This document shows positions 8,872 to 19,073 of a stretch of DNA of 64,000 nt, one piece after another. The notes beneath the pieces are model-generated. The model worked only from the letters and a program-made list of their open reading frames with translations, did no database searches and was not told where the DNA came from. Position 1 is the first letter of the stretch; each line of letters begins with the position of its first letter. The position numbers and the translations under genes were made by a program. Origin of the DNA: Methylophilaceae bacterium (lineage in GTDB: Bacteria > Pseudomonadota > Gammaproteobacteria > Burkholderiales > Methylophilaceae); contig JBFJJN010000009.1 in NCBI GenBank assembly GCA_041612255.1, positions 33,640-97,639 of the forward strand. The letters are read 5' to 3'.

Positions 8872-8898
8872 ATAACGGCACAATTAAATGAAAGTTTA
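8872..8898 (-). promoter_or_regulatory. Sigma-28 (FliA)-like promoter upstream of the orphan ATPase
   Basis: The minus strand reads TAAACTTT-catttaattgt-GCCGTTAT: 7/8 and 6/8 matches to TAAAGTTT-N11-GCCGATAA with exact N11 spacing. The -10 element ends 87 nt upstream of the ATG at 8784. It shares the CGTTAT -10 core with the boxes at 1873-1880 and 2133-2140. Confidence 0.45.
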
Positions 8899-9087
8899 GG
8901 ATTGTGCGGTATTTTAGTGATGCATTAAAGCCATCAGTTCTGTCCATTAATCAAACGCATAAATAAGGGGTGATAAGTCATCTTATTGTTATATCAGGTG
9001 ACTTGCCAATCTTGTCTAATAGAGGGATTACAAATTAATGTAGAGCGTTCAGCATAGCGCGCTTTGGAAAGTGTAGAGGTAAGTACC

Positions 9088-10182
9088 ATGAATCTTGATT
9101 TTTGGAAAGATAAACGCGTTTTTATAACGGGACACACAGGATTTAAAGGTGCTTGGCTTTCAATGTGGTTGCAATCATTAGGTGCGCAAGTAACGGGATA
9201 CGCATTAGGTGTGCTTAGCGAGACTAATTTGTTTGAAGTTGCTAATGTTGAAAAAGGCATGCAGTCTATTCATGGTGACATCACGGATGTGAGCGCTTTA
9301 GAAAAGGCGTTATTTGAAGCTAGGCCCGAGATTGTTTTTCACTTGGCCGCGCAGTCTTTAGTCTTTCAGTCATACGAAAGCCCAGTTGATACCTATCGTA
9401 CTAATGTAATGGGTACGGTTAATTTGCTAGAAGCGATACGCCAATGTGACTCTGTTAAATCTGTTGTGGTCGTGACCAGTGATAAATGCTATGACAATAA
9501 AAATTGGCATTGGGGCTATCGTGAGAATGATGCCATGGGTGGTTTTGATCCATATAGCAGCAGTAAAGGATGCGCAGAATTGGTCACGGAATCTTATCGA
9601 CATTCATTTTTCAACCCTGAGCAATATGAGGAGCATGGTGTGGCGATTGCCAGTGCGAGGGCGGGCAATGTGATTGGCGGTGGGGACTGGGCAAAAGATC
9701 GATTAATTCCAGATGTGATTAATGCCTTTACGCATCGTGAAGCTGTCGTGCTAAGGAATCCACAATCAACACGTCCTTGGCAACATGTATTAGAGCCATT
9801 GGGAGGATATATCTTACTGGCAGAACGTTTGTTTGATAACGGTAAGGGGTACGCAGAGGCATGGAATTTTGGCCCTAATGAGGTTGATACAAAACCGACA
9901 GGTTGGATAATTAATCTGTTGGCTTCTTATTGGAAAGAAGACGCGCGCTCACTGATTCAAGAGAATAATGAGGCGCAACGCGAAGCCGTGTATCTTAGGT
10001 TGGATTGCTCTAAAGCACATAGCAAACTAGGCTGGTATCCGATTTGGACCATTGAAGAGACGGTTGCGAATGTTGCTGATTGGTATCTTGCTTATCAAAA
10101 CAAAGAAGACATGCACCAATTTTCACTTAAACAAATACAACAATACCAAATAAAGTGGGATAAAAAATGGATGATTGCGTAA
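9088..10182 (+). CDS. rfbG: CDP-glucose 4,6-dehydratase
   Basis: FWKDKRVFITGHTGFKGAWLS...TSDKCYDN..WGYRENDAMGGFDPYSSSKGCAEL...RAGNVIGGGDWAKDRLIPD...RPWQHVLEPL is collinear with Salmonella RfbG. The track ORF opens at TTG 9064. ATG 9088 after AGAGG is preferred. Confidence 0.88.
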   Translation: MNLDFWKDKRVFITGHTGFKGAWLSMWLQSLGAQVTGYALGVLSETNLFEVANVEKGMQSIHGDITDVSALEKALFEARPEIVFHLAAQSLVFQSYESPVDTYRTNVMGTVNLLEAIRQCDSVKSVVVVTSDKCYDNKNWHWGYRENDAMGGFDPYSSSKGCAELVTESYRHSFFNPEQYEEHGVAIASARAGNVIGGGDWAKDRLIPDVINAFTHREAVVLRNPQSTRPWQHVLEPLGGYILLAERLFDNGKGYAEAWNFGPNEVDTKPTGWIINLLASYWKEDARSLIQENNEAQREAVYLRLDCSKAHSKLGWYPIWTIEETVANVADWYLAYQNKEDMHQFSLKQIQQYQIKWDKKWMIA

Positions 10183-10285
10183 TTGTTTAGACGTTTCGCG
10201 CAGCGCGAATAAAAAGTTAGTCTAGCATTCAGTGTAAATCAAGATGATGCTATTCTTGAGGCTACTAACAAGATAGAAGCAGGTT

Positions 10286-10963
10286 ATGGAAAACAGCACT
10301 AAGAAACATCAAATTAAAAAACATATTCTCTTTGATTTAGATGGTACCTTAATTGATTCAGCCCCCAGTATTTTAGAAAGCTTTGCTTATGCGTTCTCTG
10401 CTCTTGGGATTACGCCATGCAAAGCGATTACCCCTGATGTCGTTGGGCCGCCGTTGATGCCAACATTAGCAAGTCTAGCAGGAAAAGAGGATGCGGACTT
10501 GCTACAAAATTTGGCCACTCAGTTTAAAATGCATTATGACAGTGAAGGTTATAAGAAGGCGACGGTTTATGCAGGGATGGCAGCGCTGCTAGAGCGATTA
10601 AAACAAACAGACGTGACGCTGTATATTGCAACCAATAAACGCGATTATCCAACGCAAAAGATTATGCAATATTTGGATTGGGCGCATTACTTTAAAGGCA
10701 TTTTTGCTTTAGATAGTTACACGCCAGCACTAAAGTCTAAACCTTTAATGGTAGCGCAGATCATGTCCGATTATCAAATTGATCCAGCACAGGCGATTTA
10801 TATTGGAGACCGCTATGAAGATGGATTAGCGGCAGATCATAATCAAATGCCATTTGCGATGGTCACTTGGGGTTATGCCGATAAGACGGCGACAGAATTG
10901 CGACCACATTGGTTGATTTGTCAGCATGCAAACGATTTAGCGCAGTTGCTTCTCACTCCATAA
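10286..10963 (+). CDS. HAD-superfamily hydrolase, phosphoglycolate phosphatase-like
   Basis: 225 aa with HAD motif I FDLDGTLIDS, motif II ATNK and motif IV GDRYEDG. Confidence 0.75.
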   Translation: MENSTKKHQIKKHILFDLDGTLIDSAPSILESFAYAFSALGITPCKAITPDVVGPPLMPTLASLAGKEDADLLQNLATQFKMHYDSEGYKKATVYAGMAALLERLKQTDVTLYIATNKRDYPTQKIMQYLDWAHYFKGIFALDSYTPALKSKPLMVAQIMSDYQIDPAQAIYIGDRYEDGLAADHNQMPFAMVTWGYADKTATELRPHWLICQHANDLAQLLLTP

Positions 10964-10981
10964 CTGACTGAATCGCTTTGC

Positions 10982-12175
10982 TTATGCTGCCATTTCATCC
11001 CGTGTTTCGCTAAAGGCTTTAATTGCTTTATCTAAATCTGCGAGCGTATGTTTAGCTGAAATCTGCGTTCTAATGCGCGCTTTGCCTTTTGGCACAACAG
11101 GAAAAAAGAAGCCAACGGCATAAATGCCTTTTTCAAGTAGACGTTTGCTCATATCTTGAGCCAAATTCGCATCGCCTAGCATCACTGGCACAATCGGGTG
11201 GTCGCCATCATCAACCGCAAAACCAGCCGCTTGCATGCCTTTTCTAAAGTAATGCGTATTTTTTTCTAATTGGTCGCGCAGTTCTGTCGAATGCTCAAGC
11301 CGTTCTAATACCGATAGTGAAGCCGCGCAAATAGACGGTGCAACCGTGTTGGAAAATAAGTAAGGGCGTGACCGTTGGCGTAGCATGTCAATGATTTCTT
11401 TGCGACCTGAGGTGAAACCGCCAGATGCCCCACCTAGTGCTTTGCCAAAGGTGCTGGTGATTATATCGACTCTATCCATCACCCCGCAATACTCATGCAC
11501 GCCGCGACCCGTTTTGCCCATAAAGCCTGTGGCATGACAATCATCATGATGCACCATGGCATCAAACTCATCAGCTAAGTCGCAAATTTTATCTAATTGC
11601 GCCACTGTTCCATCCATTGAAAAAACACCATCAGTGGTAATTAAAATACGTCGTGCATTATTGGCTTTAGCTTCTTCTAGCTTGGCTCGTAAGTCTGCCA
11701 TGTCATTATTGTTATAACGGTATCGTGCTGCCTTACATAATCGCACACCATCAATAATGGAAGCATGATTGAGGGAGTCTGAAATCACTGCATCTTCAGC
11801 GCTTAAAATCGATTCAAATAAACCGCCATTGGCATCAAAACAAGCCGCATAAAGAATGGTATCTTCCATGCCTAAAAAGTCGCTGACTTTTTGCTCTAAC
11901 GTTTTGTGCAAGGTTTGTGTGCCGCAAATAAATCGCACAGAAGCTAAACCAAAACCCCATCTATCTAAGCTATCTTTGGCTGCTTGAATCACATCTGGAT
12001 CATTGGCTAATCCAAGATAGTTGTTGGCACACATATTTAGCACTTCGCTGCCGTTGGCTAATGTAATCAGGTTCTTTTGATCAGAGCTGATAAGGCGCTC
12101 TGTTTTCCATAAGCCAGTGGCTTTAATTTCGGCTAAATCGGCTGCAATACTGGTTTTTGCACTATTAAAACTCAT
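10982..12175 (-). CDS. kbl: 2-amino-3-ketobutyrate CoA ligase (glycine C-acetyltransferase)
   Basis: 397 aa alpha-oxoamine synthase. NNYLGLA, the [10 protein letters not shown] and [15 protein letters not shown]-lysine blocks, and pairing with tdh. Confidence 0.9.
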   Translation of the reverse strand: MSFNSAKTSIAADLAEIKATGLWKTERLISSDQKNLITLANGSEVLNMCANNYLGLANDPDVIQAAKDSLDRWGFGLASVRFICGTQTLHKTLEQKVSDFLGMEDTILYAACFDANGGLFESILSAEDAVISDSLNHASIIDGVRLCKAARYRYNNNDMADLRAKLEEAKANNARRILITTDGVFSMDGTVAQLDKICDLADEFDAMVHHDDCHATGFMGKTGRGVHEYCGVMDRVDIITSTFGKALGGASGGFTSGRKEIIDMLRQRSRPYLFSNTVAPSICAASLSVLERLEHSTELRDQLEKNTHYFRKGMQAAGFAVDDGDHPIVPVMLGDANLAQDMSKRLLEKGIYAVGFFFPVVPKGKARIRTQISAKHTLADLDKAIKAFSETRDEMAA

Positions 12176-12191
12176 GTTCTACCTTTGATGA

Positions 12192-13226
12192 TTAATCTTC
12201 CCAATTCAAGATGACTTTGCCAGAATTGCCAGAGCGCATCACATCAAAACCTTGTTGGAAATCGGTGTAATGAAAGCGATGCGTTACAATTTTCTCTAAT
12301 GGCAATCCGCTTTGCACCATCATCGACCCTTTATACCAAGTCTCAAAAATCTCACGGCCGTATATGCCTTTAATCGTTAGGCCTTTAAACACAACCATAT
12401 CCCAATCAATGCCAGAACCTGCAGGCATAATCGCTAACATAGCAATATGGCCGCCATTGATCATTTTACTTAACATATCGCCAAATGCTTTGGGTGAGCC
12501 AGACATTTCTAAACCCACATCAAAGCCTTCAAAAATCCCTAAAGCGTCCATCATTTCTTTAGTGATACTTTCTTTAGAAACATTGACCGTAATGACCCGT
12601 GGCAAAATACTTTTAATCAAATCTAGGCGATATTGATTCATATCGGTAATGACTATATTTCTTGCGCCAGCGTGATTAGCCACTAACGCAGCCATGCTGC
12701 CAATTGGGCCAGCACCCGTAATCAGCACATCTTCACCGACCATATTAAATGATAATGCGGTATGGACTGCGTTACCGTAAGCATCAAAAAATGAAAGTAA
12801 ATCGGTATCAATTGGGCGGCTAGGTTTGAATACATTTTTGGCAGGAATGACTAAATATTCCGCAAAAGCACCATGTCGATTAACGCCAACGCCAATGGTA
12901 TTAGGGCACAAATGGGTTCGACCACCTAAGCAGTTACGACAATGTCCACAAGTCAAATGTCCTTCGCCAGAGACAATGTCACCAATCTGAAGCCCGTCCA
13001 CATTGGAACCAAGCTCAGCAATTTCTCCAACATATTCATGGCCAGTAATCATTGGCACGGGGATTGTTTTTTGCGCCCACTCGTCCCAGTTATAAATATG
13101 AATATCAGTGCCACAAATGGCTGTTTTTTTAATTTTGATTAAGACATCATTGTTGCCCACAAATGGCATGGGCATGTCTTCTAACCACAATCCTTCTTTT
13201 GCATACTTTTTGACTAAAGCCTTCAT
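12192..13226 (-). CDS. tdh: L-threonine 3-dehydrogenase
   Basis: 344-aa zinc alcohol dehydrogenase fold ([29 protein letters not shown]), 16 nt upstream of kbl. Confidence 0.9.
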   Translation of the reverse strand: MKALVKKYAKEGLWLEDMPMPFVGNNDVLIKIKKTAICGTDIHIYNWDEWAQKTIPVPMITGHEYVGEIAELGSNVDGLQIGDIVSGEGHLTCGHCRNCLGGRTHLCPNTIGVGVNRHGAFAEYLVIPAKNVFKPSRPIDTDLLSFFDAYGNAVHTALSFNMVGEDVLITGAGPIGSMAALVANHAGARNIVITDMNQYRLDLIKSILPRVITVNVSKESITKEMMDALGIFEGFDVGLEMSGSPKAFGDMLSKMINGGHIAMLAIMPAGSGIDWDMVVFKGLTIKGIYGREIFETWYKGSMMVQSGLPLEKIVTHRFHYTDFQQGFDVMRSGNSGKVILNWED

Positions 13227-13307
13227 TGTATAACCTCAATAATTGAGCAGATTGATTAACATAACATTAGCAGATACTAAAGTAAATGTGGGTTTAATGT
13301 CATTGAA

Positions 13308-14612
13308 TTAGTGAGTATTTGTTATCGCTTTTAATGATGATTCTATGATGTCAATACCTTCGTTCAGCACCGCATCACTGACGGTTAGTGGCACCATAAT
13401 GCGTAAAACATTGCTATAAATACCGCAGTTTAATAGCAGCAAGCCTCTTTTTGCCGCTTCTGTTTTTAACGCATTGGCGATGTCAGCCGCTGGTTTGTGA
13501 GGGTCATTGTCATGGCAGAACTCAATGCCAGTCATTGCGCCTAACTGTCTAATTTCACTGATGAAACTAAATTGATTTTGCATTTGTTTAAAACGCATAT
13601 TGAGCTGCTCACCTATTTGCATAGAGCGTTCAAGCAGATTTTCTTCTGCCATCACATCTAATACCGCATGAGCAGCCGCAACAGTAATTGGGTTGCCTGC
13701 ATAGGTGCTACCAAGTCCGCCAGGTTGAGCGGCATCCATTACGTGCGCTTTGCCGATAACGGCTGATAAGGTGAACCCGCCGCCTAAGCCTTTGGCCAAT
13801 GTAATGATGTCTGGCTCAATATCGGTATGTTCAATTGCAAATAACTTGCCGCATCGACCGATGCCTGTCTGTACTTCATCCGCTACCATCAATATGCCAT
13901 TCTCGTCGCAAATGGCTCTAATGCGTTTTAGAAATGAAGGTGTAGCTGGTATATAGCCGCCTTCACCTTGCACAGGCTCAATAAAAATTGCGGCTACGCG
14001 CCTAGCTTCTATGTCATATTTAAATAAATGGTGTAAGCCAGCAATCGCATCATCTTCACTAATGCCATGTAGCGGATAAGGAAATGGCGCGTGATAAACC
14101 TCAGCAGGGAAAGGACCAAAGTCTTTTTTATAAGGATCAATTTTTCCCGTCATTGCTACTGAAAACATGGTGCGACCATGGAACGCACCGTTAAAGGCAA
14201 TAATGCCAGAACGACCTGTTGCTGCACGTGCCACTTTGACCGCGTTTTCAATTGCTTCAGCACCTGAATTCATAAAAAATGTTTTTTTAGGCGTGTCACC
14301 TGGTGCTAATTGATTTAGACGTTCCGCTAGGCTGACATAACCTTCATAACCAACCACCTGAAAGCAAGTGTGATTAAATTGCTTTAATTGCGCTTCAACA
14401 GCTGCCACTACTTTTGGATGGCAATGGCCTGTATTGACCACGGCAATACCTGCACAAAAATCAATATAGCGCTTGCCTTCTATATCCCAAATTTCGGCAT
14501 TCAGTGCACGTTCCGCAATAATGCTGTGCGCATAACTAATGCCACGTGGCAGTGCTTCTGCACGTCTTTGCATAATGGCGTCATTTGTTTTAATTGATGC
14601 TGTATCTTTCAT
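13308..14612 (-). CDS. gabT: Class III aminotransferase, 4-aminobutyrate aminotransferase-like
   Basis: 434 aa with NSGAEAIENAVK, DEVQTGIGRCGKLFA and TLAKGLGGG. Its start directly abuts the gabD stop (TAA-ATG). Confidence 0.8.
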   Translation of the reverse strand: MKDTASIKTNDAIMQRRAEALPRGISYAHSIIAERALNAEIWDIEGKRYIDFCAGIAVVNTGHCHPKVVAAVEAQLKQFNHTCFQVVGYEGYVSLAERLNQLAPGDTPKKTFFMNSGAEAIENAVKVARAATGRSGIIAFNGAFHGRTMFSVAMTGKIDPYKKDFGPFPAEVYHAPFPYPLHGISEDDAIAGLHHLFKYDIEARRVAAIFIEPVQGEGGYIPATPSFLKRIRAICDENGILMVADEVQTGIGRCGKLFAIEHTDIEPDIITLAKGLGGGFTLSAVIGKAHVMDAAQPGGLGSTYAGNPITVAAAHAVLDVMAEENLLERSMQIGEQLNMRFKQMQNQFSFISEIRQLGAMTGIEFCHDNDPHKPAADIANALKTEAAKRGLLLLNCGIYSNVLRIMVPLTVSDAVLNEGIDIIESSLKAITNTH

Positions 14613-16070
14613 TTAGCCAATATCCATACACATATATTTAATTTCGAGATAATCATCAATGCCGTATTTAGAGCCTTCGCGACCAAGACCTGAAGATTTA
14701 ATACCGCCAAATGGCGCGACTTCACTGGAAATTGCACCTGTATTGATACCAATCATCCCATATTCCAATGCCTCACCTACGCGCCATACACGTTTTATAT
14801 CACGCGCATAGAAGTAAGAGGCGAGCCCATATTCAACACTATTGGCTATCTCAATCGCTTCTTCTTCTGTTTTAAAACGAATCAGTGGTGCGACTGGACC
14901 AAAAATTTCTTCACGCGAAATCAGCATGTCGCGTGTTACATCTGTTAATACTGTAGGCTCAAAGAAAGTGCCACCTAGCGCATGGCGCTCGCCTCCAATA
15001 GCGACTTTTGCGCCATTGTTTTTGGCATCGGCAATAAAACTTTCTACCTTGTCTACTGCGTTACCATCAATTAAAGGGCCTTGTGTGCTGGTGGCATCTA
15101 AGCCATTACCAATTTTTAATTTTGCAACGGCATCAACCAGTTTTTTGGTAAACACATCATAAACGCTATCTTGAACCAAAATGCGATTGGCGCAAATACA
15201 AGTTTGACCTGCATTTCTGAATTTACTGAGCATTGCGCCTGCGACAGCGGCATCAATATCGGCATCATCAAACACAATAAACGGCGCATTACCACCAAGC
15301 TCCATCGATGTTTTTTTAACGGTAGGCGCGCATTCTTTTAATAGTTGAACGCCCACTTCTGTCGAACCAGTAAAGCTGAGTTTACGCACAATCGGGTTGC
15401 TGGTCATTTCACCACCAATAGCCCTAGCAGAACCCGTTACAACCGATAAAACACCTGCTGGAACACCTGCGCGCGTCGCAAGCTCAGCCATCGCTAGCGC
15501 AGTTAGAGGTGTTAAGCCTGCGGGTTTAATCACAATACTACAGCCAGCTGCTAATGCTGCGCCTGCCTTGCGAGTAATCATTGCTGCTGGAAAGTTCCAA
15601 GGCGTAATCGCTACGCAAACACCAATGGCTTGTTTAATTACAATCACGCGCGCATCAGCCCGAGGTGAAGGAATAATGTCGCCATAAACACGCTTACCTT
15701 CTTCGGCAAACCATTCAATAAAAGAAGCCGCATAGCCAATTTCACCACGCGATTCAGCAATGATTTTGCCTTGCTCGCTGGTCATGATTAAGGCTAAATC
15801 TTCTTGGTTTTCTAAAATTAGCACATACCACTGGCGCATAATTTTTGCGCGCTCACCAGCAGTTTTAGCCTGCCACTTCTTTTGCGCGATTTCTGCTGAT
15901 TTAATCGCTTGTCTTGTTTCATCTGCGCCCATATTGGGAACAGTAGCAATCGTTTCGCCGGTTGCAGGGTTGTTCACATCAATGACATCTTTAGAAGTCG
16001 CGTTGCGCCACTCACCATTGATTAAGCATTGTTGACGAAGCAGGCTAGAGTCTTTAAGTGTTAGTGTCAT
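14613..16070 (-). CDS. gabD: Succinate-semialdehyde dehydrogenase (NAD(P)+)
   Basis: 485-aa aldehyde dehydrogenase with MELGGNAP and FRNAGQTCICANR. The N-terminus LINGEW...V.NPATGE is typical of GabD. Confidence 0.82.
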   Translation of the reverse strand: MTLTLKDSSLLRQQCLINGEWRNATSKDVIDVNNPATGETIATVPNMGADETRQAIKSAEIAQKKWQAKTAGERAKIMRQWYVLILENQEDLALIMTSEQGKIIAESRGEIGYAASFIEWFAEEGKRVYGDIIPSPRADARVIVIKQAIGVCVAITPWNFPAAMITRKAGAALAAGCSIVIKPAGLTPLTALAMAELATRAGVPAGVLSVVTGSARAIGGEMTSNPIVRKLSFTGSTEVGVQLLKECAPTVKKTSMELGGNAPFIVFDDADIDAAVAGAMLSKFRNAGQTCICANRILVQDSVYDVFTKKLVDAVAKLKIGNGLDATSTQGPLIDGNAVDKVESFIADAKNNGAKVAIGGERHALGGTFFEPTVLTDVTRDMLISREEIFGPVAPLIRFKTEEEAIEIANSVEYGLASYFYARDIKRVWRVGEALEYGMIGINTGAISSEVAPFGGIKSSGLGREGSKYGIDDYLEIKYMCMDIG

Positions 16071-16124
16071 TCGTACATTCCGCTATCGTGATAATTATTA
16101 TGACTAATAAAGCGTCAAGTTAGT

Positions 16125-17615
16125 TTAGGCCAATTTAATCCAGGTCGTTTTTATTTCAGTGTATTTTTCTAAGGCATGTAGTGATTTATCACGCCCATTG
16201 CCCGATTGCTTATAACCACCAAAAGGCACAGTAATATCATCTTCATCATAGCAATTCACATGTACGGTTCCCGCGCGCAAGGCTTTAGCTGCTAAATGTG
16301 CTTGGCTGATATCGCGTGACCAAACTGAAGCCGCTAATCCATAAGGCGTATCATTGGCAATGTTAATTGCTTCTTGCGAGTTCTCAAATGCAATGACTGA
16401 TAATACGGGACCAAAAATTTCTTCACGTGCAATTTTCATACTATTGTTAACATTATTGAAAATGGTTGGCGTGACATAATAGCCACCACTTTCTTGCAAT
16501 ACTTGCTCGCCACCCGTTACACAGTTTGCACCTTCTGCTTTACCTGCTTCAATATAGTGCATCACATTTTTCAGTTGAATATCATCAACAATCGCCCCCA
16601 TCGTGGTGTCATTGATTAATGGGTTGGCAGGCTGAAAATTGGGCATTAAACTTAATGCTTTTTCAATAAATCGATCTTGAACAGATTGGTCGATAATCAC
16701 GCGCGAGGGCGCGTTGCAGCTTTCACCTTGATTAAAGAAAATCCCATTAATACAGCTTTCTGCCGCGGCTTCAATATCGGCATCAGCAAACACTATAAAT
16801 GGAGACTTTCCACCAAGTTCAGTCCACGCGCGTTTTAAATTAGATTGTCCTGCGTATTGCATAATCTTTTTACCAACGTTAGTGGAGCCAGTAAACGCAA
16901 TACAATCAATATCCATATGCAAGGCAAGCGGGCTACCAACTTCTTCACCATAGCCTGGTAAGACATTAAAAACACCTGCTGGAATACCTGCTTCTACAGC
17001 AATTTCAGCCAGTTTTAGTGCCGTTAGCGGAGACTTTTCTGATGGTTTTAAAATCACACTATTACCAGCTGCCAAGGCAGGCGCAATTTTCCATGCTGCC
17101 ATGATCATGGGGTAATTCCAAGGCACAATTGCGGCCACAATGCCCATGGCTTCGCGTGTGATTAATCCTAAAGCATTATCTGCAGTTGGTGCGATTTCGT
17201 CATAAACTTTATCAATACATTCGCCATACCATTGCACTGAATTGGCTGCTGAATTAACATCGACAGTTAGGCTATAGTTCACGGGTTTCCCCATGTCTAA
17301 TGTCTCCATTAGGGCTAGCGTTTCGGCATTTTCACGAATAAGACGACTGAAATTAATCAGAATATTTTTACGATCTTTAGGCGATTTTTTCGTCCATCTG
17401 CCATCTTCAAAAGCAGTTCTTGCGGCATTAGTCGCCAGCTCTACATCATGCGCTCCGCAACGGGCGATCTCAGCAATTTTTTGCCCATCAATCGGTGAGA
17501 TGCAATCAAACACTTGACCACTGGCAGCAGTAACGCGTTTACCATCAATAAAGGCGCGACCGTCTAATGTTAGGTTGTTACGTAGATTTTGCCAATTAAT
17601 TATATTGTTCGACAT
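16125..17615 (-). CDS. Aldehyde dehydrogenase, PuuC/PauC-like (gamma-glutamyl-aminoaldehyde dehydrogenase candidate)
   Basis: 496-aa ALDH with TELGGKSP and FFNQGESCNAPSR. Context with the GS-like and GATase genes. Confidence 0.65.
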   Translation of the reverse strand: MSNNIINWQNLRNNLTLDGRAFIDGKRVTAASGQVFDCISPIDGQKIAEIARCGAHDVELATNAARTAFEDGRWTKKSPKDRKNILINFSRLIRENAETLALMETLDMGKPVNYSLTVDVNSAANSVQWYGECIDKVYDEIAPTADNALGLITREAMGIVAAIVPWNYPMIMAAWKIAPALAAGNSVILKPSEKSPLTALKLAEIAVEAGIPAGVFNVLPGYGEEVGSPLALHMDIDCIAFTGSTNVGKKIMQYAGQSNLKRAWTELGGKSPFIVFADADIEAAAESCINGIFFNQGESCNAPSRVIIDQSVQDRFIEKALSLMPNFQPANPLINDTTMGAIVDDIQLKNVMHYIEAGKAEGANCVTGGEQVLQESGGYYVTPTIFNNVNNSMKIAREEIFGPVLSVIAFENSQEAINIANDTPYGLAASVWSRDISQAHLAAKALRAGTVHVNCYDEDDITVPFGGYKQSGNGRDKSLHALEKYTEIKTTWIKLA

Positions 17616-17639
17616 AATGACAATCTTTAAAAGAAATGT

Positions 17640-19022
17640 TTAAACATGCAGCAACAAGTGACGACGCTCCCAAGGGCTAATCACTTTCATATATTCTGTA
17701 TATTCTTGCCGTTTAACTGACAGATATAGCTTAATAAAGCTTTCCCCAAGCACTTCGTGTAAATCGGGTACCGACTGTAATAAATCCATTGACTCAAGCA
17801 AGCTTCTTGGCAATTCCTGCGCATGTGAATAAGCGTTGCCTTTTAATTCAGGTTGCGGTTGGATTTTTTTTATCATGCCGAGATAACTACAAGCAAGCGA
17901 AGTGGCTATCGCAATATATGGATTTGCATCGACGCCAGGCAAACGGTTTTCAATCCGTCGCGCTTCTTTGTTGGCTTCTGGGATGCGAATGCCAACCGTT
18001 CGATTATCACGCCCCCATTGCACATTGATGGGGGCTGCATTATCGCGTACTAAACGACGGTAAGAGTTGACGAATGGCGCCATTAATACCATGGCTGGCG
18101 GCAGATATTGCTGGAAACCACCAATGGCATGGAAAAATAAATCACTATCAGAGCCATCGGCATTGGCAAACAAGTTCTCACCTGTTTTAATATCAATCAC
18201 ACTTTGATGAATATGCATGGCGGAACCAGGTTGATCAGCCATTGGTTTGGCCATAAAAGTGGCATACATCTCATGCCTAAAAGCCGCTTCACGAACAGTT
18301 CGTTTGAATAAAAAGACAGAGTCAGCTAATTGCAATGGATCGCCATGCATGAAGTTGATTTCCATTTGGCCGGTACCGACCTCATGAATGAGCGTATCAA
18401 TTTCTAAATTTTGTTGATCACAATATTCATAAATATCTTCAAACAGTGGATCAAATTCATTCACTGCATCAATGCTATAGGCTTGGCGACCAGACTCTGC
18501 ACGACCACTACGACCAATCGGCGCTTGCAGTGGCATGTCTGGATCAGTATTGCGCGCTAAGATATAAAACTCTAATTCTGGCGCAATGACCGGTTTCCAG
18601 CCTTGTTTAGCATATAAATCTAAAACTTTTCTTAACACAGAGCGTGGCGCATATTCGACCAACTCGTCTTTAAAGGTAAAACAATCATGAATCACTTGTG
18701 CTGTTGGATCAATCGTCCACGGCACCATGCACACGGTGTCAGGGTCAGGGCGCAACACCATGTCATTGTCAGTTTCACGGATAACGGTGTGAAACACATC
18801 ATCATCTGGATACTCACCAGTCACCGTCATGCCCAAGACCGATTCAGGTAAACGCATGCCTTTGTCTGAGTGAAATTTTGTACGCGGGAGAATTTTGCCA
18901 CGTGGAATACCAGTCATATCTGGCACTAAGCATTCAACTTCAGTAATACCTCGATCATTGAGCCATGCGCCCATTTTTTCAAAGCCAGCTTTTTCTTCCT
19001 CAATTATTTTTTTGCTATCCAT
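17640..19022 (-). CDS. Glutamine synthetase-family gamma-glutamyl-amine synthetase (PuuA/PauA-like)
   Basis: 460-aa type I GS catalytic fold (PELEFYIL, HHEVGTGQMEINF-like block, SAMHIHQS, NSYRRL, NRTVGIRIP, RIENRLPG..NPY). Confidence 0.72.
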   Translation of the reverse strand: MDSKKIIEEEKAGFEKMGAWLNDRGITEVECLVPDMTGIPRGKILPRTKFHSDKGMRLPESVLGMTVTGEYPDDDVFHTVIRETDNDMVLRPDPDTVCMVPWTIDPTAQVIHDCFTFKDELVEYAPRSVLRKVLDLYAKQGWKPVIAPELEFYILARNTDPDMPLQAPIGRSGRAESGRQAYSIDAVNEFDPLFEDIYEYCDQQNLEIDTLIHEVGTGQMEINFMHGDPLQLADSVFLFKRTVREAAFRHEMYATFMAKPMADQPGSAMHIHQSVIDIKTGENLFANADGSDSDLFFHAIGGFQQYLPPAMVLMAPFVNSYRRLVRDNAAPINVQWGRDNRTVGIRIPEANKEARRIENRLPGVDANPYIAIATSLACSYLGMIKKIQPQPELKGNAYSHAQELPRSLLESMDLLQSVPDLHEVLGESFIKLYLSVKRQEYTEYMKVISPWERRHLLLHV

Positions 19023-19073
19023 TTTTGCTATCCACTCTTCATTTCGTTTACTGATTGTGTTTACGTTTAATTA

